A stretch of 64,000 nucleotides of DNA from the human T2T-CHM13v2.0 reference genome, Homo sapiens: assembly GCF_009914755.1 (NCBI RefSeq), contig NC_060925.1, one strand, 5' to 3'. The notes under the pieces were generated by a model, which saw only the letters and a program-made list of their open reading frames with translations, was not told the origin of the DNA and searched no databases. Each line of letters opens with the position of its first letter. The first letter of the stretch is position 1. Shown here piece after piece: positions 44,571 through 61,234 of the stretch. Position numbers and translations under genes: made by a program.

Positions 44571-45580
44571 AATAAACTTTATTTTTTTAGAGCAGTTTTA
44601 GGTTCACAGAAAAATTCAGTGGAAAGTACAGAGAGTTGTCATATATCTCCCACCTCCACTTATATGCAGCCTCCCCACTATCAGCATCCTGCAATGAGTG
44701 GTGCATATACTACAATTAATAAAGCTGCATTGACACATTATTATCACCCAACATCCATAGTTTACATTAGGTTTCACTCTTGATATTGTGCTTTCTATGG
44801 GTTTTGACAGGTATGATAATGTATCCAACCATTTTTGTCATCATACAGAATAATTGCCCTAAAAGTCCCCTATTCATCCCTCCTTCCCCCTAGACCCCTG
44901 ACAACTACTGATCCTTTTACTGTCTTTGTGGTTTTGCATTTTTCAGACAGTTACATGGTTGGAATCATACAGTATATAGCCTTTTAAAATTGGCTCCTTT
45001 CACTTAGTGATATACATTTAAGTTTCCTTCATGTCTTTTCAGACTTGATAGCTAGTTTCTTTTAAGGACTCAAATAATTATCACTTGGATATACCACAGT
45101 TTGTTTATCCATTCACCTACTGAAGGACATCCTAGATACTTCCAAGTTTTGTTCATTATAAATAAAGCTGACATAAATATTTGCACAGGTTTTTGCATGG
45201 ACATAAGTTTTCCACTTAACTTGGGTAAATTCTAAGAAGCATGGTTGCTGGATTGTGTGATAAATGTATGTTTAGCCTTGTAAGAAACTAATTGTCTCCA
45301 ATGTAACTGTGCCATATTTCATTCCCACCAAGCAATAAAAGTTCCTGATGTTCCATATCCTCACCAGTATTTGGTGTTGTCAGTGTTTTAGATTTTGTGA
45401 TTCTAATAGGTGATACCTCATTGTTGTTTTAATTTGCAATTCCCTAATGACGTGTAATGTTGGGCATCTTTTTATATGCTTATTTTCCATCCATATATCT
45501 TTGATGAGTGTTTATTTGTCTTCTGCCCATTTTTAATTGGGCAGTTTTTTTTTATTGTTGAGATTCAAGAGTTCTTTATA
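44571..45580 (-). mobile_element. L1MC-type 3' end fragment
   Basis: tagagcagttttaggttcacagaaaaatt...catccatagtttacattaggtttcactcttg. Confidence 0.7.
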
Positions 45581-45604
45581 TACATTTGCTTCTTTTTTTG
45601 TTTT

Positions 45605-46000
45605 TGCTTTTTTTAAAATTTTATTATTATTATACTTTAAGTTTTAGGGTACATGTGCACAGCGTGCAGGTTTGTTACATATGTATACATGTGCCATGTT
45701 GGTGTGCTGCACCCATTAACTCGTCATTTAGCATTAGGTATATCTCCTAATGCTATCCCTCCCCCCTCCCCCCACCCCACAACTGTCCCTGGTGTGTGAT
45801 GTTCCCCTTCCTGTGTCCATGTGTTCTCATTGTTCAATTCCCACCTATGAGTGAGAACATGTGGTGTTTGGTTTTTTGTCCTTGTGATAGTTTGCTGAGA
45901 ATGATGGTTTCCAGTTTCATCCATGTCCCTACAAAGGACATGAACTCATCATTTTTTATGGCTGCACAGTATTCCATGGTGTATATGAGCCACATTTTCT
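45605..46000 (-). mobile_element. Outer L1PA4-like 3' end (~0.4 kb)
   Basis: 3'UTR with gcaggtttgttac, gccatgttggtg, tttgctgagaatgatggtttccag; ends at cacattttct against a second poly(T). Confidence 0.9.
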
Positions 46001-46357
46001 TTTTTTTTTTTTTAACTTTTTTTTATTATTATACTTTAAGATTTAGGATACATGTGCACAATGTGCAGGTTAGTTACATATGTATACATGTGCCATGCTG
46101 GTGTGCTGCATCCATTAACTCGTCATTTAGCATTAGGTATATCTCCTAATGCTATCCCTCCCCCCTCCTCCCACCCCACAACAGTCCCCAGAGTGTGATG
46201 TTCCCCTTCCTGTGTCCATGTGTTCTCATTGTTGAATTCCCATCTATGAGTGAGAACATGCGGTGTTTGGTTTTTTGTCCTTGCGATAGTTTACTGAGAA
46301 TGATGATTTCCAATTTCATCCATGTCCCTACAAAGGACATGAACTCATCATTTTTTA

Positions 46358-48969
<2,612 letters not shown>

Positions 48970-49313
48970 CTAGCAGTCTATCAATTTTGTTGATCTTTTA
49001 AAAAAAACCAGCTCCTGGATTCATTAATTTTTTTGAAGGGTTTTTTGTGTCTCTATTTCCTTCAGGTCTGCTCTGATCTTAGTTATTTCTTTTTTTTTTT
49101 TTTTTTTTATTATACTCTAAGTTTTAGGGTACATGTGCACATTGTGCAGGTTAGTTACATATGTATACATGTGCCATGCTGGTGCGCTGCACCCACTAAT
49201 GTGTCATCTAGCATTAGGTATATCTCCCAATGCTATCCCTCCCCCCTCCCCCGACCCCACCACAGTCCCCAGAGTGTGATATTCCCCTTTCTGTGTCCAT
49301 GTGATCTCATTGT

Positions 49314-53165
<3,852 letters not shown>

Positions 53166-53204
53166 TCATTAGTTGATGCAGTTTCTTCCTAGTCTCGATG
53201 GTCT

Positions 53205-54221
53205 TTACATTTTGGCATGATTTTGCAGCGGCTGGTACTGGTTGTTCCTTTCCATGTTTAGCGCTTCCTTCAGGAGCTCTTTTAGGGCAGGCCTGGTGGT
53301 GACAAAATCTCTCAGCATTTGCTTGTCTATAAAGTATTTTATTTCTCCTTCACTTATGAAGCTTAGTTTGGCTGGATATGAAATTCTGGGTTGAAAATTC
53401 TTTTCTTTAAGAACGTTGAATATTGGCCCCCATTCTCTTCTGGCTTGTAGGGTTTCCGCCGAGAGATCCGCTGTTAGTCTGATGGGCTTTCCTTTGAGGG
53501 TAACCCGACCTTTCTCTCTGGCTGCCCTTAACATTTTTTCCTTCATTTCAACTTTGGTGAATCTGACAATTATGTGTCTTGGAGTTGCTCTTCTCGAGGA
53601 GTATCTTTGTGGCGTTCTCTGTATTTCCTGAATCTGAATGTTGGCCTGCCTTGCTAGATCGGGGAAGTTCTCCTGGATAATATCCTGCAGAGTGTTTTCC
53701 AACTTAGTTCCATTCTCCACATCACTTTCAGGTACACCAATCAGATGTAGATTTGGTCTTTTCACATAGTCCCATATTTCTTGGAGGCTTTGCTCATTTC
53801 TTTTTATTCTTTTTTCTCTAAACTTCCCTTCTCGCTTCATTTCATTCATTTCATCTTCCATTGCTGATACCCTTTCTTCCAGTTGATCGCATCGGCTCCT
53901 GAGGCTTCTGCATTCTTCACGTAGTTCTCGAGCCTTGGTTTTCAGCTCCATCAGCTCCTTTAAGCACTTCTCTGTATTGGTTATTCTAGTTATACATTCT
54001 TCTAAATTTTTTTCAAAGTTTTCAACTTCTTTGCCTTTGGTTTGAATGTCCTCCCGTAGCTCAGAGTAATTTGATCGTCTGAAGCCTTCTTCTCTCAGCT
54101 CATCAAAATCATTCTCCATCCAGCTTTGTTCTGTTGCTGGTGAGGAACTGCGTTCCTTTGGAGGAGGAGAGGCGCTCTACATTTTAGAGTTTCCAGTTTT
54201 TCTGTTCTGTTTTTTCCCCAT
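53205..54221 (-). pseudogene. L1HS ORF1, 338 codons, single nonsense Q15*; 304-aa ORF from Met35 remains
   Basis: ATG at 54221 reads MGKKQNRKTGNSKM* (TAG at 54177-54179); in frame with ORF 53205-54119. Confidence 0.92.
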
Positions 54222-55125
54222 CTTTGTGGTTTTATCTACTTTTGGTCTTTGATGATGGTGATGTACAGATGGGTTTTCGGTGTAGATGTCCTTTCTGGTT
54301 GTTAGTTTTCCTTCTAACAGACAGGACCCTCAGCTGCAGGTCTGTTGGAATACCCTGCCGTGTGAGGTGTCAGTGTGCCCCTGCTGGGGGGTGCCTCCCA
54401 GTTAGGCTGCTCGGGGGTCAGGGGTCAGGGACCCACTTGAGGAGGCAGTCTGCCCGTTCTCAGATCTCCAGCTGCATGCTGGGAGAACCACTGCTCTCTT
54501 CAAAGCTGTCAGACAGGGACATTTAAGTCTGCAGAGGTTACTGCTGTCTTTTTGTTTGTCTGTGCCCTGCCCCCAAAGGTGGAGCCTACAGAGGCAGGCA
54601 GGCCTCCTTGAGCTGTGGTGGGCTCCACCCAGTTCGAGCTTCCCGGCTGCTTTGTTTACCTAAGCAAGCCTGGGCAATGGCGGGCGCCCCTCCCCCAGCC
54701 TCGTTGCCGCCTTGCAGTTTGATCTCAGACTGCTGTGCTAGCAATCAGCGAGATTCCGTGGGCGTAGGACCCTCTGAGCCAGGTGTGGGATATAGTCTCG
54801 TGGTGCGCCGTTTCTTAAGCCGGTCTGAAAAGCGCAATATTCGGGTGGGAGTGACCCGATTTTCCAGGTGCGTCTGTCACCCCTTTCTTTGACTCGGAAA
54901 GGGAACTCCCTGACCCCTTGCGCTTCCCAGGTGAGGCAATGCCTCGCCCTGCTTCGGCTCGCGCACGGTGCGCACACACACTGGCCTGCGCCCACTGTCT
55001 GGCACTCCCTAGTGAGATGAACCCGGTACCTCAGATGGAAATGCAGAAATCACCCGTCTTCTGCGTCGCTCACGCTGGGAGCTGTAGACCGGAGCTGTTC
55101 CTATTCGACCATCTTGGCTCCTCCC
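54222..55125 (-). promoter_or_regulatory. L1HS 5'UTR: CpG-rich sense promoter and antisense promoter
   Basis: ~900 bp, CpGs largely retained; established L1 architecture. Confidence 0.85.
54677..54892 (+). CDS. ORF0: L1 ORF0, intact, 71 aa
   Basis: MAGAPPPASLPPCSLISDCCASNQRDSVGVGPSEPGVGYSLVVRRFLSRSEKRNIRVGVTRFSRCVCHPFL*; good Kozak gcaATGg; expression at this locus unknown. Confidence 0.75.
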   Translation: MAGAPPPASLPPCSLISDCCASNQRDSVGVGPSEPGVGYSLVVRRFLSRSEKRNIRVGVTRFSRCVCHPFL

Positions 55126-56156
55126 CTGATCTTAGTTATTTCTTGCCTTCTGCTAGCTTTTGAATGTGTTTGCTCTTGCTTTTCTAGTTCTTCTAATTGT
55201 GATGTTAGGGTGTCGATTTTAGATCTTTCCTGCTTTCTCTTGTGGGCATTTAGTGCTATAAATTTCCCTCTACACACTGCTTTGAATGTGTCCCAGAGAT
55301 TCTGGTATGTTGTATCTTTGTTCTCATTGGTTTCAAAGAACATCTTTATTTCTACCTTCATTTCATTATTTACCCAGTAGTCATTCAGCAGCAGGTTTTT
55401 CAGTTTCCATGTAGTTGAGCAGTTTTGAGTGAGTTTCTTAATCCTGAGTTCTAGTTTGATTGCACTGTGGTCTGAGAGACAGTTTGTTATAATTTCTGTT
55501 CTTTTACATTTGCTGAGGAGTGCTTTACTTCCAACTATGTGGTCAATTTTGGAGTAGGTGTTGTGTGGTGCTGAAAAGAATGTATATTCTTTTGATTTGG
55601 GGTGGAGAGTTCTGTAGATGTCTATTAGGTCCATTTGGTGCAGAGCTGAGTTCAATTCCTGGGTATCCTTGTTAACTTTCTGTCTCGTTGATCTGTCTAA
55701 TGTTGACAGTGAGGTGTTAAAGTCTCCCATTATTATTATGTGGGCCTCTAAGTCTCTTTGTATTTCAGTAAGGACTTGCTTTATGAATCTGGGAGCTCCT
55801 GTATTGGGTGCATATATATTTAGGATAGTTAGCTCTTCTTGTTGAATTGATCCCTTTACCATTATGTAATGGCCTTCTTTGTCTCTTTTGATCTTTGTTG
55901 GTTTAAAGTCTGTTTTATCAGAGACTAGGATTGCAACCCTTGCCTTTTTTTGTTTTCCATTTGCCTGGTAGATCTTCCTCCATCCCTTTATTTTGAGCCT
56001 ATGTGTGTCTCTGCACATGAGATGGGTTTCCTGAATGCAGCACACTGATGGGTCTTGACTCTTTATCCAATTTGCCAGTCTGTGTCTTTTAATTGGAGCA
56101 TTTAGCCCATTTACATTTAAGGTTAATATTGTTATGTGTGAATTTAATCCTGTCAT
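55101..56156 (-). pseudogene. Host L1 ORF2 N-terminus (complete EN domain), 351-aa open frame ending inside the L1HS 5' end
   Basis: N14, E43, Y115, D145, D205 and SDH230 motifs present; C-terminal GGAKMVE* is encoded by L1HS. Confidence 0.85.
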
Positions 56157-56219
56157 GAAGATGTTAGCTGGTGATTTTGCTCATTAGTTGATGCAGTTTC
56201 TTCCTAGCCTTGATGGTCT

Positions 56220-57236
56220 TTACAATTTGGCATGTTTTTGCAGTGGCTGGTACTGGTTGTTCCTTTCCATGTTTAGGGCTTCCTTGAGGAGCTCTTTTAG
56301 GGCAGGCCTGGTGGACACAAAATCTCTCAGCATTGGCTTGTCTGTAAAGTATTTTATTTCTTCTTCACTTATGAAGCTTAGTTTGGCTGGATATGAAATT
56401 CTGGGTTGAAAATTCTTTTCTTTAAGAATGTTGAATATTGGTCCCTTCTCTCTTCTGGCTTGTAGACTTTCTGCCAAGAGAGCTGCTGTTAGTCTGATAG
56501 GCTTCCCTTTTTGGGTAACCTGACCTTTCTCTCTGGCTGCCCTTAACATTTTTTCCTTCATTTCAACTTTGGTGAATCTGACAATTATGTGTCTTAGAGT
56601 TGCTCTTCTCGAGGAGTATCTTTGTGGCATTCTCTGTATTTCCTGAATTTGAATGTTGACCTGCCTTACTAGATTGGGGAAGTTCTCCTGGATAATATCC
56701 TGCAGAGTGTTTTCCGACTTGGTTCCATTCTCCCCTTCACTTTCAGGTACACCAATCAGACGTAGATTTGGTCGTTTCACATAGTCCCATATTTCTTGGA
56801 GGCTCTGTTCATTTCTTTTTATTCTTTTTTCTCTAATCTTCTCTTCATGCTTCATTTCATTCATTTCATCTTCCATCACTGATACCCTTTCTTCCAGTTA
56901 ATTGCATTGGCTACTGAGGCTTCTGCATTCGTCACATAGTTCTTGTGGTATGGTTTTCAGCTCCATCAGGTCCTTTAAGGACTTCTCTGCATTGGTTATT
57001 CTAGTTAGCCATTCATCTAATTTTTTTTCAAAGCTTTTAACTTCTTTGCCATTGGTTCGAATTTCCTCCTTTAGCTCGGAGTTGTTTGATCGTCTGAAGC
57101 CTTCTTCTCTCAACTCGTCAAAGTCATTCTCCATCCAGCTTTGTTCTGTTGCTGGTGAGGAACTGCATTCCTTTGGAGGAGGAGAGGCGCTCTGATTTTT
57201 AGAGTTTCCAGTTTTTCTGCTCTGTTTTTTCCCCAT
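56220..57236 (-). pseudogene. Host L1 ORF1 (L1PA4-like), 338 codons, nonsense at codon 113
   Basis: The 112-aa and 219-aa ORFs share a frame; TAA at 56898-56900. Confidence 0.88.
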
Positions 57237-58270
57237 CTTTGTGGTTTTATCTACCTTTGGTCTTTGATGACGGTTACGTACAGATGGGTTTTTGGTGTGG
57301 ATATCCTTTCTGTTTGTTAGTTTTCCTTCTAACAGACAGGACCCTCAGCTGCAGGTCTGTCAGAGTTTGCTAGACGTCCACTCCAGACCCTGTTTGCCTG
57401 GGTATCAGCAGCGGTGGCTGCAGAACAGTGGATATTGGTGAACCGCAGATGCTGCTGCCTGATTGTTCCTCTGGAAGTTTTGTCTCAGAGGAGTACCTGG
57501 CCGTGTGAGGTGTCAGTCCGCCCCTACTGGGGTGTGCCTCCCAGTTAGGCTACTCGGGGGTCAGGGACCCACTTAAGGAGGCAGTCTGTCCATTCTCAGA
57601 TCTCAAGCTGCGTGCTGGGAGAACCATTACTCTCTTCAAAGCTGTCAGAGAGGGACATCTAAGTCTACAGAGGATACTGCTGTCTTTTTATTTGTCTGTG
57701 TCCTGCCCCCAGAGGTGGAGCCTATAGAGGCAAGCAGGCCTCCTTCAGCTGTGGTGGGCTCCACCCCGTTCGAGCTTCTGGTCACTTTGTTTACCTAATC
57801 AAACAGCTAACTCGGCAATGGCGGGCGCCCCTCCCCCAGCCTCGCTGCCACCTTGCAGTTTGATCTCAGACTGCTGTGCTAGCAATGAGTGAGACTCCGT
57901 GGGCGTAGGACCCTCTGAACCAGATGCGGGATATAATCTCCTGGTGTGCCCTTTTTTAAGCCCGTTGGAAAAGCGCAGTATTAGGGTGGGAGTGACCTGA
58001 TTTTCCAGGTGCCCTCTGTCACCGCTTTCTTTGACTAGGAAAGGGAATTCCCTGACCTCTTGTGCTTCCTGGGTGAGGTGATTCCTCGCCCTGCTTTGGC
58101 TTGCACATGGTGCGCTGCACCCACTGTCCTGCACCTACTATCTGGCACTCCCCAGTGAGATGAACCCGGTACCTCAGTTGGAAATGCAGAAATCACCCAT
58201 CTGCTGCGTTGCTCATGCTGGGAGCTGTAGACTGGAGGTGTTCCTATTTGGCCATCTTGGCTCCTCCCCC

Positions 58271-58570
58271 TGTTTTTTTATTTTTTTTTTTTTGAGACAG
58301 AATCTTGCCCTCTTGCCCAGGCTAGAGTGCAGTGGCACTCCCTTGGCTCACTGCAACCTCCACTTCCCAGATTCAAGCCATTATCCTGCCTCAGCCTCCT
58401 GAGTAGCTAGGATTACAGCCATGCCACCACACCCGGCAAATTTTTGTATTTTCAGTAGAGACAGGGTTTCACTATGTGGGTCAGGCTGGTCTCGAATTCC
58501 TGACCTCGTGATCCGCCCGTCTCAGCCTCCCAAAGTGCTGGGATTACAGGCGTGAGCCATGGCACCCAGC
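58271..58570 (-). mobile_element. AluSg/Sc-type; its A-tail was the target of the L1 stack
   Basis: gacctcgtgatccgccc diagnostic; TSD tacatttgctt at 58571-58581 and 45581-45591. Confidence 0.88.
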
Positions 58571-58594
58571 TACATTTGCTTTTTTTTTTTTTTA

Positions 58595-60450
58595 AACTTA
58601 CGTCTTTTTTTGATATTCTTTAGTGATAAGATATGGTCATCATATCTTCTCTTCTTTAAGCATGGATTATTTGAGATATATACATAAATATATACACATC
58701 CATACACACAGATGGCCCCCAACTTATAATGCCTTGACTTAGGATTTTTTGTCTTTACAATGGTGCCAAAATAATATGCATTCAGCAGAAACCATATTTT
58801 GAGTACCACATAACCATTTTGTTTTCATTTTCGATAGAGTATTCAATTAATTACATGAGATATTCAACACTTTATTATAACATAGGGTTTGTGTTAGATG
58901 GTTTTGACCAAGTGTAGGCTAATGCAAGTGTTCTGAGCATGTTTAAGGTACGCTAAGCTAAGTTACGATGTTAGGTAGGTTAGGTGTATTCAATGCATTT
59001 TCAGCATATGATATTTTCAATTTACAATGGGTTTATTTGGACATAGTCATGTCATAAATCAAGGAGCATATATATATATGAAGTCTTTTTTGTTAAGTTA
59101 AATATTTGTGTCATCTTGTGGGTGTTTATTTTGTATCTTGATTTTTCTCATCACTTTGGTGATACTTTCCTCATTTTAGATAATGTAGCAACTCTGGATA
59201 CCAACTGCCACCTTTTTCTGTGGCATGATGTTATTGTTTGCTTGTTTATTTTAGTGACTTGGCTGGCATATTTTAGTATGTCTATTTCTTCTGCAATGTG
59301 AAACCTCTCATCTGGCTTCCAGAGGGCAGAGCCTTGGGCATGTGCAGTCACCCTGGGATTATAGTTGTTTTAACAAGTCTCTTTTTGACTTTCTCTTTCC
59401 CTGATCTTTCTGTTAAACTATCTGCCTCTCTAGGTATTATGCCTAAATATTGGGCTCCATTAATTGCTGGTTGATTACTTTATTATTTACAACATTGCTC
59501 CACAGTCTGATCAAATTAAATTCAGGCCTATTAGCAGGAGCTGTTTTTGAGCTAGGTTTTGAGGTTTGTTCTAATCCTATGAGGATTCTTTTGGCTGTAT
59601 TCCTCCCTAGTTCTCTCTGGCAAAATATCTGGCCTGTGGTTTAGTTAGGTCATCTCATGGAACTAGCAGCATTAAAAAAACTGCTTACTACTAAAATCCT
59701 CATTGTTTTTGAAAGTCCCCTTAGGCTTGACCTTCCCAACACTATCAGTGACTTCTGATTGAAGTGACTTCCCTTTTGGGGAGCCTTGGGGCTCTTTTCT
59801 TTATGACCTGCTTCTTTCCCTGGGAAAAGTCTCTCTGCCACTGTTTTGGAGCTGTGGACAGGGATAGTAGCCCACTTCTCTTGGAGAGAGTCCTGCTATA
59901 CACACAGGCTACTGGGCAGAGTTTGTGGTAGCTTCTGGTCTTCTCAGCTTCCTTCTGCTAGTGTGGAACATATATCTTACAATGTACTGGGCTAAAGGTG
60001 AATGGGATCTCATTATTCTCAGCCTACTCTGTCTAGGGTAGAGTCTCCACCAAATGAATGTGGGCTGGGTGGAAGACAGAAGCCCCTGACCAACAGGGGT
60101 TATACTTGTATGGAATTTAGCCTCTGTAACATAGTACTGGTGTGTGCGTGTGTGTGTGTGTATGCGTGTGTGCCTGTGTGTGTGCACATGTGTGCACAGT
60201 AATGAGAGATGCTGGTGGCCTGCTCCTCTTGGGAAGATACTGTGGCCCTTGACTGGGAGCTTAGGGGAAAGGGAATCTCATCTTTTTGGCCATACTTTTT
60301 TAGTGATGAATTTTCTTTTTGTTTTTAAATTTTTCTTATATGATCTGGCCTTACTGAATCATGGAGTGGGATATTCATCACAATGAGCTGGAAACAAGGA
60401 GAGAGAAGGTGCAGGTTGTGGATAAAGTGTCACATATTCTTGCTGTTATT
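58595..60450 (-). mobile_element. Old L1M ORF1/5' region (probable right end of the oldest host)
   Basis: Degenerate T-rich L1M-like sequence around MER47A; highly diverged. Confidence 0.45.
58709..59072. mobile_element. MER47A (Tigger/TcMar non-autonomous DNA transposon)
   Basis: TIR-like ends cagatggcccccaacttataatg / cataaatcaaggagcata in TA-rich flanks; body gcattcagcagaaaccatattttgagtacc...gttaggtaggttaggtgtatt. Confidence 0.8.
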
Positions 60451-60469
60451 ATGGTATTTAGTAGTTCAC

Positions 60470-60790
60470 TTAGGCTAGGCTGGACTCCAAGCCTCAGGTT
60501 TGGTTTAGATCTGCTACATTTTTATTCAACATTTCTAGGGTCTGTGATTACCCATTCATATTTCTTTCATGGTAGAATGCAGAAGCATAAGAAGCCCAGA
60601 CAAACCACTCAAGCACATTTAAAGCCTCTCCTTAAATTCTGTCTCTAATTATCCTTTTGTCAAGGCAGTTACATTGCCAAGCCCAAAGTCAATGGGGAAG
60701 GGATGTGTACTCTATTTTATTGGTAAATACAGCAAGGTCACATAGCAGAGAGAGAAAATGAAGACTTTGGGAAAATAATTTGATTTATCT
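60470..60790 (-). mobile_element. MLT1 LTR fragment
   Basis: aaggcagttacattgccaagcccaaagtcaatggggaaggg. Confidence 0.5.
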
Positions 60791-60942
60791 CAGAGGTCAG
60801 TTGTGATTCTGCCTTAAAGCCTTTATACTTGTTGTTTTCTCTGTCTGGATGTTTCTTTCACCTGATATCCTCTTGGCTTCACTTCTTTCATGAATCTGTT
60901 CAAGTATTTGTTACCTTGAAAAAAAGTTTTTCTCTGATCATC

Positions 60943-61210
60943 TGTGTCAGCTTGGGTCTCCCTGGAAGCAGAGGCTAAGATAGAATTAGAGGTTTAAGAG
61001 ATTTTTGGGAGGAGTGCCTATGAAGGAAACATGGAATGGGGAGGAGAAGTAGACAGAAATAGGCTTCAGGATGCAATGCAGGTATGATACCTCTGATAGA
61101 AGAGGGGGATAAAAGAAGTATTGTATAAAAAGAGTTTCAGAGTATAATGCAGCTCTGAAAAATTTCAGCCAGGTCTATGAGGAGTCACATAGTAAGCATC
61201 GCCTACTAAA
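60943..61210 (-). mobile_element. Old ERVL-class LTR fragment (LTR16/33-like)
   Basis: tgtgtcagcttgggtctccctggaagcagaggctaagatag. Confidence 0.45.
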
Positions 61211-61234
61211 GAAAAGAATTTATGGGATAATTCT

